DNA of 64,000 nt, from NCBI GenBank assembly GCA_036172245.1, contig JAYWIR010000002.1, forward strand, positions 1,674,001-1,738,000, given 5' to 3'. Shown piece after piece: positions 13,291 to 24,300 of this stretch; the stretch's first letter is position 1, and each line of letters begins with the position of its first letter. The position numbers were made by a program, and so were the translations under genes. Origin of the DNA: Raillietiella orientalis. Lineage: Eukaryota. Below the pieces are notes generated by a model. The model was not told where the DNA came from. It worked only from the letters and a program-made list of their open reading frames with translations, and did no database searches.

Positions 13291-16200
13291 TGGGTGCCAA
13301 GGACTCCTCTGCCAATGGGCGGGCAGGCAGCTTAGCTGGCAAACGCGGCCACTCCGACGGGGCAGGGAAGAGTCCCTCGGAGGAGTCCTCTATCTCGAAG
13401 GAGGAGACAATCCTTTCCGATCTTCCATGGAAGCCTCCGGAAACCAAGAAAACGGTGGGGACGCCGTTCCAGCTTCTAAGCAGCTCTCCCCTTCCCCTTT
13501 CCCTTCTTTTCCCACTGTGACCTTAGCTTCCTCCTTTGCTCTCCCGCCTCATTCTACCTCGGAGCGCCGCGATGGGTGGGTGGGGTGGGAGAATGTCGAG
13601 AGCGCCGCTCGTGGAGCTCCGGCTCTGATCACGGAGGGACAGAGGCGACATCCGCGCGCACGTGCTCAGGTGCCCTCCGAAGATGCCGGAGGGCGGCTGA
13701 AGGGTATGCGCACCGAATGCAGGAGCCAGAACGAGAGGGAGGAAGGAAGGCAAGGGATGCTGCCGAAGGCAGGAACCCCCTGCGGGGGATGCGAGGGATA
13801 GGAAGACGAAAATAAGGAGGACATCTGAGAATGGAAGACCCTCCGCTCCTGCTGAAATCAAGTAGCCGCTCTCTAGAAGAGTGTCCAGGAAGGAGTGCCG
13901 AAAATACCAAAAAGTCCAGGTGCCGAAATTTCTCCCGAAGACGAAAGGAAAAACTCAGCTGGCATGCTCGAAAGAAGAGGACGATCGAGAAGGGAGGCAA
14001 GCAAGGAGGAGGGAGGGGACTGGCCATGTGACCAGTGGTTACAAAGGACCTGCACTCAGTGGGTCAGTCCCTCAGTAGAACTATTCCCAGGTCAGCTCCG
14101 TCTTCCAAAGGGAATTGGAGGGAGATGGCCGGGAATGTGCTCCCGCCACCCATCTTCCCCCCGCCCCCCACCGCTCCTCTTCACTGAGACAGGCAAAGCA
14201 TCACCTGGCTCTGTTAAGGAAAGGAGGAGGGTGTAGGGATCCCCTCTTGGATTTTCCAGGATGCCCTCGGGCAAAGCACCCTGCCTTCGAGCTCTGCTGC
14301 TTTCCATTCTCTTGTGGGAGGCGAACTGCTGGAAGCAAAGAGGTCAACCAGGTCAAGATCAGCGAGGGGGAGGCGACGATGCGCGCATTGTTCCTTAGGG
14401 AGGGGAGGTCGGGGGAAGCGGAAGAGCAACGGAAACTGTTCGAAAGAAGACTGCAGGACGAAGGTCTGACACGTTACTAGTGCTCTGGGGGGAGGGGAAC
14501 AGATGAAGGGAGGTGGAGTGGGATCTGTCCTCTTCTCCTCCTCCTGCGGCTCGTCAGTCACCTCCAAAGGACTCTGGGGGGGGGGGGGGATCCAGAGGAA
14601 GGCGATTGGGGAGGGGAATGATAATTTCTTGAGCGTCAGTGCTGGCACGACTCGGTAGAAGGGAGCGTGGGATGGAGGCTGCGAAAAGTACCCAAGAGCC
14701 GGAGGGGCACCTCTGCTTTCAAGAGAGGGTCGAGCTGCTTGACATGAAGGGCGAACGAAGAAGGGCCGCATCCCACGACCCCTCTCATCCCTGCACCGGA
14801 CAAGATCGTTGCAGATCAGGGATTATCTTCCTTTCTCAGTTGCCCCGTGGGCCATTCCTTTGTAATTGCTCGACTTGAGTCCCCAGGAAGTGGAGACTGG
14901 AGAGGGAAATGGGTAAGTAAATCCCGAACATGACGGAACCGTCTCAAGATGGTGGTGTTAATGATGATAATGCTGATTCAGGAAGACGTACAGTTTCATC
15001 CCAGATGCGCCGGACCCTCACTTATCAAAGCGAATACAGTGGTACTTTGGTACTCGTCGATAAGTCGTTCCGGAGCTTATGACGGGTGCTAAAACTGACG
15101 AATACCGAACAAGTTCCTTTCTAAGCTTCGTGATATCATTTTTAACCATTTTAAAACCCATGATTAACGCTTAAAGTGCACAGGAAGCATTAAAAAAGGA
15201 ACGATTCGGGAGACACTTTTGGAAGTGTTCAGCACTGTTCGCGAGTTACCATTTGATTAAAGCGTTCACTTGTTTTATCATGATTGGGGTGTCGAGTTCC
15301 GAGCATGAGCCGAGTGTTGGATAATTTTATTTCTCGTCAAAATGTGACGAGTGCTGAGCTTGATAGCGTCTAGTAGCATGGCACCACTGTAAATAGAGTA
15401 ACATGAAGAGTGGGTCCCACGCAAAGGCGAGGTGCACTCAATAGCGGGAAGAGTTCTGGAGTGACAAGTAGGGGAGGGGAGAATGAATGGAAGAAAAAGA
15501 AAAAGCAAGGAAGAGGAGGGTCACCGGGATCCAGTCTATCCTCCCAGAGTCACCGCGCGATGCAGACCGTGTCTTTCCTCGCTTCCGGGGTCAGACGAGG
15601 TCGCCTCGCACCTCTGCGATTCATGGAGAGGGAAGAGAGGTCTCTCGTCGCGGTGCTCCCTCGCGGCAGGATGCGCCTCGATATCAAGGGATCGGAGCGC
15701 TGCAGCACCGGAGCGGGTTCATCCAAAATGAAGTGCCGCTGCGCGAAGTCTTTAGAGATGTCTACCGGATGGTGGGGACCTCCTGTCACGCGCTCCCATC
15801 CGCTTGCACTGCCCCACAGGAGGCTCGCCGCATCGGCGGGACCAAACCATGCCCCACCCACGCGCTCCCCCCTTCCTCAACGTCTCTGCGACCTCCTCCT
15901 GGTGCTGCTGCTCCTCCCCGTCGGATGCTAAGCTGGAAGGACAAAAGAGATTCGTCCCCCCCCCCTTCCCCCCCACGGCGTCTCCGCCGTTCCCGTTCGA
16001 AGTCCCTGGCCTTCCTTACTTCCCCACCTCCCCCGGACTCCTCCGTCAGGTGGAGTGGAAATTTCTTTTTTTTTTTCGCGTGTGTTCCCGCAGTTACGTT
16101 TCTTTTCTTCGGGATTACCTCCGGTTCGGTCGGCGCCGCTTCCCGGTTTCTCCGGAGAGAAAAGCGCCGCCATCGTCCGCCGTCCGCCGTTGCGACCCTC

Positions 16201-16639
16201 TCTCAAGGAGCGCCCTTTTCGGCGAGCCATCTCCCCAGGCGCCGAGGCAGGAAGGCCGCCGACAAGGCGAGAGAGGAGGAGAAAGAGAGGGAGGGAGGGA
16301 CCTATTCGTGGGAACAGCGCCTAGGAATCTCCGCGGGAAGGAAAAAAGCACTTGAGAGAGAGACGGAGCATGCGCTCCCGGATGCTGAGGACGCTGAAGA
16401 GGCACGACTGCAGTTCGGATGCCTCCGCCCGCCCACCCGCGGTCGTGACTTCTCGCGCGTCACGCCCACTCCTCCTCCCTTTCCTTTCTTCCTCTTGGGC
16501 TTGGCCCGAGTAGGGCGAGATCTCCTCGTCGCCGCCCGCCGCTCGCCTCGCCGAAAAGGAAACGACCGGCTTCTGTCCTCCTCCCCTTTCTCTCCTCTTC
16601 CCTTCCAGAGGGGGAGGCGGAGTAGAGATCGCCATCTGC

Positions 16640-17771
16640 TTAGCCGGTGAGTCTTCGGTGGTGCGTGCGCGCCCCCTCAGCGCCCTCTTGCTGCTCTTCC
16701 GGAGAAGTGGTGCTGCTGGTGGTGCGAGGCGTTGCCTTCGCCACCGCCACCGCTACTGCTGCCGCCGGCGTCGAGTCGTATGCGCGCACCTCGCGGTGAA
16801 TTCCGCACACACAACCCAACGGGCGCTTCTGCGTGGGGTGCGATGGGTTCCGCCGAGTGCGTTCCTCACGTTCCTCGCTGTGTGTCGCCCCCCACGTGCT
16901 GCTGTTGCTCCGTGGTAAGTCTTTGTGCCACCAAGAGTGGGGGTGATGATGGGGAGAGAGTGAGGAGGAGAAAGGCAGAGATCGCCGTGCGACGGTCGTT
17001 CCATTGGCATTTTCTTTCGAGGGTAGACCTTCGAGAATGAAGTGGTGCCTTCGCAAAGGCATCACCGCTTCTTCCAGGGGTTTTGTGTCGTAGAGCGCGC
17101 ACCCGCCCTCCCCCTGCGTCTGCATTCTAACACCCTCCCCCCTGCAGGCTTGGCTGTCGGAAGGAAGCTCCACGGAGATTTCCATCCGATCCTAAGGGGG
17201 GAGGGGATCACAGGAGGTGTGGGGATTTCCGGGAGCCTCCACGCCTCGTGTCTTCCTCTACCGAAGAGAGGAATGGCAAGGACGCCTCCATCCCGTCCGG
17301 TATTTCCTGTTGCTGCCGTATCCAAGGTCGGAAGACCCGTTGCTCGCTTCTGCCAGAGAGAATGCTATTCTCGCTCTCCTCCCCCCTCCCTCTTCGTCCT
17401 TGCGATTCGGGATTTCCTTTCTTGGTCCCGGCATTCCCCCTCCGGATGGCCCCATCAGCTCCGGGTGGGTTCCCGCGGATGAGCTGTGGAGACTCCCCAT
17501 CCCCTCTCCACCTTGTGGCTCTTCCTCCCCTCCCGTAGACGGAGGGAGAGGAGGGTAGGTCGAGGGGAAGAGAGAGAGAAGAAGGCGACCGGCGAATCGC
17601 TCTTGGGCGCCCGATGATCGTAGGTTGGGGAAGCCGTTCCTCGAGCGAGCGCGCCAGGTCAATCCGGAGCGGAAGCGCCGCCTCCACGTTGCGCCAAGCG
17701 GGGCGAAGTCCATGAACTTTGGAGCTGCAGAACACCTCCGGGGCTTTGCGATGTTTAAACCGTGACTCCAA
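16640..17771 (-). CDS. Hypothetical low-complexity protein, possible two-exon gene divergent from Sur
   Basis: ORFs 17771-17208 and 17185-16640 join in phase 0 through a 70-nt GT-AG intron (17261-17192, TCG|gtagag...cccttag|GAT). No recognisable domain; it may be a GC-rich chance ORF. Confidence 0.2.
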
Positions 17772-17829
17772 CGGAAAAGAAGGACCCCAAGCACTCGTTC
17801 AGAGCTCTCTCCTCCCTCTCTCTCATTCT

Positions 17830-17915
17830 GTTTTCTTTCTTACTTCCTCTCTCTCTGTCTCTCTCCCTCTCTCTCTCTGTTTTCTTTCTTACTTCCTCTC
17901 TCTGTGTCTCTTTCT
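17830..17915. repeat. (CT)n-rich microsatellite with a short internal duplication
   Basis: 'ttttctttcttacttcctctctct' occurs twice (~17831 and ~17880) within CT tracts upstream of Sur. Confidence 0.8.
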
Positions 17916-18301
17916 CTTGCGCGCAAACCTGCGTTCTTTTTTTTTTTCCTTCTGTTACTCCCCGTGACGTCACGGCCGGAGACGTTTGGTGCGTGCGCTT
18001 TCCGTCCGGACGCGTCGAAATTATTCCCCGGGCACGGCGGATCTTATCAGCGCTCATCCGAACAAAGGAGTCCCATGAAGGCACCGCGATAAGTGGTCGG
18101 TTCGTAGGGTGCCTCCAGCCGGGAAGGGAGGAAAAAAAAGTGGATCGTTCCTCGCCCCCGCCTCGCCGGCGGACATCCCGACGTCCGTGCCTCCCGAACG
18201 AGTTGACGAGTGCCCCGGAGCTTCCTCCTCCTCCTCCTGCGTCTCCCCGACGACACCCGATCCCCTCTCCAGACCACGGCCGCCAATGTTCCAGGAAAGT
18301 A

Positions 18302-21300
18302 ATGGGTGGCAACGCCCCGCCGGTTCCCATGGTGGTCCTGTCTAGCACGTGCAACAACCTCTCCAGGACGACTCCGAACGCCACGGGAGCAGGGACCACG
18401 GCGCCCTTCTTCTCCCTGTCGAACCCCTGCTCGTTCGAGCTGCTCGTCCTTGCCCAGAATGTGACCTTCCTCTGCTGCGCCTGCGCCTGCATCGCGTACT
18501 TCCGCCTCGCCCGCTCCTCTGGACGCTTCCCCCCGCTTCCATCCCTTCCCCTGACCCCTCCAGCGGCTCACAGGAACGACCGCTTCGGAACTAGCAGGAA
18601 CGTGCTGAGGTGTCTCCTCCTGTTCTTCCTATCCCTGGTCAGCGTCTGGGAGCTCGTGGACGCGGCCTTCGGCGAGTACGTGTCCGAGGAGTTCCACCCG
18701 GCGGTCGTCGCTTCCCCCGCGGCGTGCACCCTCGCGGTCGCCGCCCACGCCTGCCTGTACCACTACCTGGACCAGAAACGCTCCGTCCACGGCCTCTGCC
18801 TGCCCCTCTCCCACTGGACCAGCTCGGTCGTCCTGAGATCAATAAAAATTTCCATGCTCGTCGCCCTCCGCCTCAGCTTCCAGAACACCAGGATGCTGTG
18901 GAGCCTGCTGGCTCTCCTCGCCTGCCTCTCCCTCGCGGCGCTGGACGTCTTCTTCCTCGTTCAGGTAGAGAGGGGTCTGGGAAAGGGGGAAAAGGGGGGA
19001 GGCGAGGGGTGGGCAGGTGGCACCCTGCAAAAAAAAAAAAACCGTCTGGATCACGTGCAGAGGCTCCGCGGGAAGGGAACTTCCAACGGCGACTCCCTGC
19101 TAGAGGCGGAGCAGCAGCAGAACTACTACTACCGCTTCCACGAAGCCAGCATTCTGTCCAAGTGCCTCTTTACCTGGCTACTGCCGCTCCTGTTCCTCAG
19201 CATCAAGCAGAAGATCGGGTTCGAAAACGTCTCGACGTCGTCTCCCAAAGAGAAGTCGGAGATCCATTTCTCCAGATACCAGAAGACGTTCGCTTGGAAC
19301 CACGTGAGTACCGAGCGGAGGGTGGATCACGCGCCGCACAGCTCCCAGAATTCCCCCTCACCCCTTTCCCTGTTTCCATTCCGTGTGCCGCCGTCGTCTC
19401 TTTCCACGCGCGGAGCGCGCACGACTCGGCTTCTCCGTCCACCCTCGCGGGGACCCTTGCTCTATCCACGAATGCATCCGAGCGAACTTCTCTCCTGGAG
19501 GGAGTGGTTCTCAGTTCTCAGTCTCTTCTCAGTTCTCCACCAACACCTTTCCTGCCCTTGCTTCTTCCATCCGGCTGGCTCCAGATGGAGGGGAGGAACT
19601 CACAGGAAGCGTCCAGGGAGGGGCTCTCACACTCTTGTCCCGGTAATCCCTTTAAAGACTCCCGTGACGTCCGCGAGCTCTCCCAGGGAAATGGTGGGAT
19701 TCGATCGCTGGCGAAAGACTGCGAGGCGACCGCCGCTCAAGCGCCCGTCAAGCAGGGTTCCCGCTCCTTAATGAGGGATTCTTCCATGACTACCCGGCGG
19801 CTTGCTCCTTGCTTTCAGGTGGAAGCGCTGTGGAATTTGCTCTCGAAGGAAAACGGGGAATCAGGAGGAGACAGGGAGGAGACCTTCCCCTTCCCTGCTT
19901 CCAAAGAGCAACTTGGAAGAAGAGGAGAAGGAGGACTCGCGCAGTAGCGCTTTGGCATCCTGTGGTCAGAGACTCCTTGGAGACTCCCTGCAGAATCTGG
20001 AACCACGATTGGGAAGCCCACTGGTCCTTCGACGCCTTGCGCAGCGATAGGACTCCATGCTTTCTGGTTCCACTCATCGTGGCGTTAGAAAAAAAAAAAA
20101 AAAACGGAGGCCAAGACGCTGAGGATACTCCTAAAGACTTGAACAGCGATCGCGAAAAAAGACCTTCTGGAACCGATTCTTCATTCATGGTACCTTCGTA
20201 TTTTCGGAAAAATTCCCAGAACGCGAGGAATTCGACGGGACCCTTGCGAGACACCCGGGAAGCGAGGGAGAAAGAAGAAGGAAAGGGGATCAGCTTTCCA
20301 GTCACCGTCCTTGCAAAAACGGCTCTGGCGGATTCGTGGATCGCAGCACCATTCCGATCTGGAGGTTTATAGCAGCAGCAGCAAGAACAGCCGCGCCAGT
20401 AGCCAATCTAAACGACTGTCAGGTCGGTGAAGAGCCAGAAGACCGAGGGGAGCTCGTCGGCTACAGACCGCCGGCGTCGGTGCCTTCGGAACCTGAAGGC
20501 ACAGGTTTAAGCGGACATCTAGCAAAGAGCAGACTCCCATCCCTCGCATGCCAGCGGGAAATGCAGGGCGCGAGACGAGGAAGGGAGAGGAGGAAACGGA
20601 CGCTCCCTTCGCCCCATTTTCCAGAGATCCGCGTCTCCTGTGGGCAAAAAAGGGTGAAGCTGCCGGTCGAGGATCCGATGAGACTTAGGGCAGATGGTGA
20701 CGCTATGAAGAGCCAACGGAGGAACGGGAGCGAACGACCTACCGAAAGAGAAAACTCGGGAATGGGACCACCCTGGAAGAGGAAGCGATGGGATCTCACG
20801 TAGCAGTTCCGATTGCTCAAGCCACGCCGCACGGAAGATGTCCCGGTTCTCGGGAGGGACAAAAGGAGTCCTAGGAAGCAGAAGAAACAACTGGAAAGAA
20901 CAACACGTCTGGTACTTATCATCCAGAGAGGAACTCTTAGCAAGCAGCCCCTAGAGATGAAAAGGATGAAAACATCTCCTCCCACTCGAAAGCGGGAACT
21001 CTGCCGATCGATCGCTGCCCGTCCTGTAGGGGAACTTCGGAGTCCCTGTCCGAACTCGCTAGCTCCCGTTCCCCTGATGAAAACCGTGACCTCGTCCAGC
21101 AGGAGGAAAATGACCTTGGATCGTTCTTGTCCTGAGAAAGGTGGCGAGGGGTATTCTGGAACTCCCGAGGATCTCCGGTATCCCTCGGGCTAGAAATCCA
21201 GGTCGATCCGCGACGTCCATGCAGAGACGCGAACCGAAAAGGAGAAACCCACCGTCCGTTCGCGATACGGGGGCAGGAGACAGAGATCCCGAGAAGGAGG

Positions 21301-24300
21301 CTACGGATGGCGCCATCAGCATTCTCCAGTGACTCACTGAAAGCCAGGAAGGCATGAGGCCGACCTTGGCACCGGTGTAAGGACTGACCGAGAGGTGCGA
21401 ATCGTCGACCTCTGCTCCGGCGTCCTGCAGCCTTCCGCACCTCACCTGCTAGGAAGAGCAGCAGCATCTGTGAGGAAAAGTTCCGCCGTCGGGGTGTTCT
21501 ACCTTCTTTTTCTTTTTTTCTCCGTGGAGCCATTCTTCGTGTCGGGGAAAGACGGGACGGAGTCGCCTTCCCACTTGGGAACACGCGCTGCTCCGGGACG
21601 TTTCTGGCCGACCTTTGTAGCACCCCGCCTCTTGGACTCCGCAGTCGCTGATCCTTTCTCCGGAGGGAAGGGTTTCGTCCACCTCTCTCGAAAGACCTCG
21701 TCTGGGACGCGCTCCGCGGGAGAGTCGCTGCCTCCTCGATCGGTGGATAGGCTGGACGCTGCTGTAACTTCCTCGGTTTACTCTTCCTGCGCGTGCTCCA
21801 GCGACCCGCCCCACAAACACGGGAAGGGAGGGTGGAATTTCGCTATTCCGGTTTCTTTGGAGACTAGGCGCGGTACTCCGGGAAAAGCACTTTCCTCCTG
21901 GGAACACATTTCCGCTGTAGGGAGAAGAAAGGAGGTGTAGGCAGGGCTCCTGCTGCACATAGACCTTTTTTCCTCCTCCCCCCTCCTTCTTTCTTACGCT
22001 CTTACAGAGCGTTCCGAAACGTGGAGCTTCCCTTTCGACTCGCTGCGAGGCATCCTTGTGCAACTCGGTCGCGTTTGCATGCGCTGAGCCTCTTCAGACT
22101 GCTTGCAAAGGGGAATGACTGGTACCTTCATTTCTAGGGAGGAGGAAGGGGCCCTACTCCCATGCTGTTCTGGATACACTGCCTGCGGTTCGGAGGAAAG
22201 ATATGGATTCTCAGTGGGCTGCTTCGGCTGATGGCAGACTTCACGGGACTCGCCGGCCCGCTGGCAGTCAAGCAGATCATCGACTTCGTGGAGAGATTCC
22301 AAGAGAAGAGCAACGACACGAATGTCGCTGAGGTATGGCGCCCCGCTCCTCCCAACTTCCGTCTCTCAGACGACCGTTGGTTGCAGAAACCCGACCTGTA
22401 CATGCCGACGTTCTCAGACCTCTTCCGCAACGGTTTCGTTCTTTGCATCATCCTGCTGTTCCTCAGTTTGATACAAAGCAGCTGCTCCCAGAGCTCCTCG
22501 TTCTTAGGTGTGACGCTGGGAGTGCGCATGCGAGCCATGTTGCAGCTGGCACTGTACAGGAAGGTGCTGCTGTCTCCGAGGTGTTCCAGGTCGAACCAGG
22601 AGGCTTACATCCTGACACTCATCTCCGAGGACGTGATCAACGTCGCGAACTTCCTGGGCCAGTGCCATTTGCTCTGGACCATCCCCCTCAAGGTAGAAGC
22701 AGGTAACGACGCGGGGTCCGGGTGACTCACTTCCATCCATTGAAGCTCAGCTTCATCCTCTCCCTGCTATACTACCAGCTCGGGTACTGCGGTATCGTGG
22801 CGACCGTCACCTCAGTGGCCATCCTCCTCCCCGTGCAGCTGTGGCTGGGATTCCGGATGTCGAAGAACCTGAAGCTGCTGATGGTACGCGGCGGGCGGGA
22901 GGGGCGCCCGAGCGCACCCCTTGGCGGGATGCCCGTACCTCCTCAGGAAGCCAAGGACGTCCGCCTGCAGTCGTCCAACGACATGTTGCAGTCGATACGC
23001 CTGCTGAAGATTATGAGTTGGGAGCACCTGGCCGTTGCGAAGGTGAACCTCCAGAGGAGTGAGGAGCTCAAAGTTCTGTACTGGGATTCCGTGTACCTAA
23101 CCGTTTGCGGTGAGCGATCGGGAAACAGGAGGGGCAAGGATAGACGAGGACCTGCGAGGGTCCTCAACGGTTTCCCCCGAGCGACTTCTTCCTCTTCTTT
23201 TCTTGCAGCCTGCCTCACGCAGACCACGGCCATCCTGATCACCTTGCTGAGCTTCACCCTCCTAACGGAAGTGGCCCGCCGGCCTCTCTTCGTCGCCGAG
23301 GTCTTCGCGAGCCTCGCCCTTTTCAACCAACTCACTATCCCCCTTTACCTGCTCCCCATAAGCATAAAGGATTTCATCATCGCCTGTCGCAGCGTGAAGA
23401 GGATCTGCAGCTTCCTTGGCAGTCCCGAAATCATGGGGATCCGGTCGGAAAGCACGGATTCGGTGAAACCCGTGAGTTCATCTGTCCTTCTCTCCACCAC
23501 CCCTAACCCCCTATTTCCCCTTTTTCGACCTCCCTTCCGAGTCCTCACGTTTCCCGATCGCTTTTCCTACCTCCTCATTCCCCCTTAGCCGATGAACAGG
23601 AGATCGCAGAAGATCTTCTCCACTCCTCCGCTCAACACCCTGGAAGAGGAAGACGAAACGAACGAGAGAAAGCAGGACTGGCTCGTGAAGATCGAGTCAG
23701 CCTCCTTCAGCTGGGACCCGCACGCGAAGGAACCGACCCTGTCGGACATCAGTTTGCAGCTCTCGGAAGGTTCGGAATGCACGAGTTCGGGTTAGGAGGG
23801 AAAGATGAGAGGAGGAGGAGGGGAGGAATACGGCGGGGAACAAGAAGTGGGGTGGGATAGGGTGGGAAGAGAGCGCGCGCGCGCGCGGATCCTCGTCACC
23901 AAGGGCGCTCGTTCCAGGAAAACTGACGATCGTGCTGGGAAACGTCGGAAGCGGGAAGACCTCCCTACTGTCGGCGTTCCTGGGAGAAATCAGCATCGTG
24001 GCCGGTCGAATCCACTGGGCAAAGTAAAAGCGGCGCGACCTTCGCGAGCTTTTGACCTAATTCGGGATGGGCGGGGCGGGGCGAAAAGTGATGTCCCCTT
24101 CGCCTTGGTATCCCAAGAGCCGTGGCTCCTCCATGCGTCGCTGAAGGAAAACATCACCTTCGGGAACTCCTACAGCTCCAAGCGCTACCAGACCGTGATC
24201 ACAGCCTGCGCCCTGGAGGAGGACATCGCCATCTTGGGAGGAGACCACGTCGAGATCGGCGACGGAGGCGTCAACCTGAGCGGCGGCCAAAAGCAGCGCA

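Noticed and set aside
15487-16650. 387-aa plus-strand ORF
   Set aside because: Arg/Pro-rich, crosses homopolymer tracts and has no domain; typical of a stop-poor GC-rich chance ORF.
17762-19771. 669-aa ORF as a single-exon protein
   Set aside because: It is read-through of a CT microsatellite, Sur exons 1-2, a stop-free intron and the start of intron 2.
23873-23888. (GC)n run as a Z-DNA regulatory element
   Set aside because: A short intronic microsatellite with no evidence of function.
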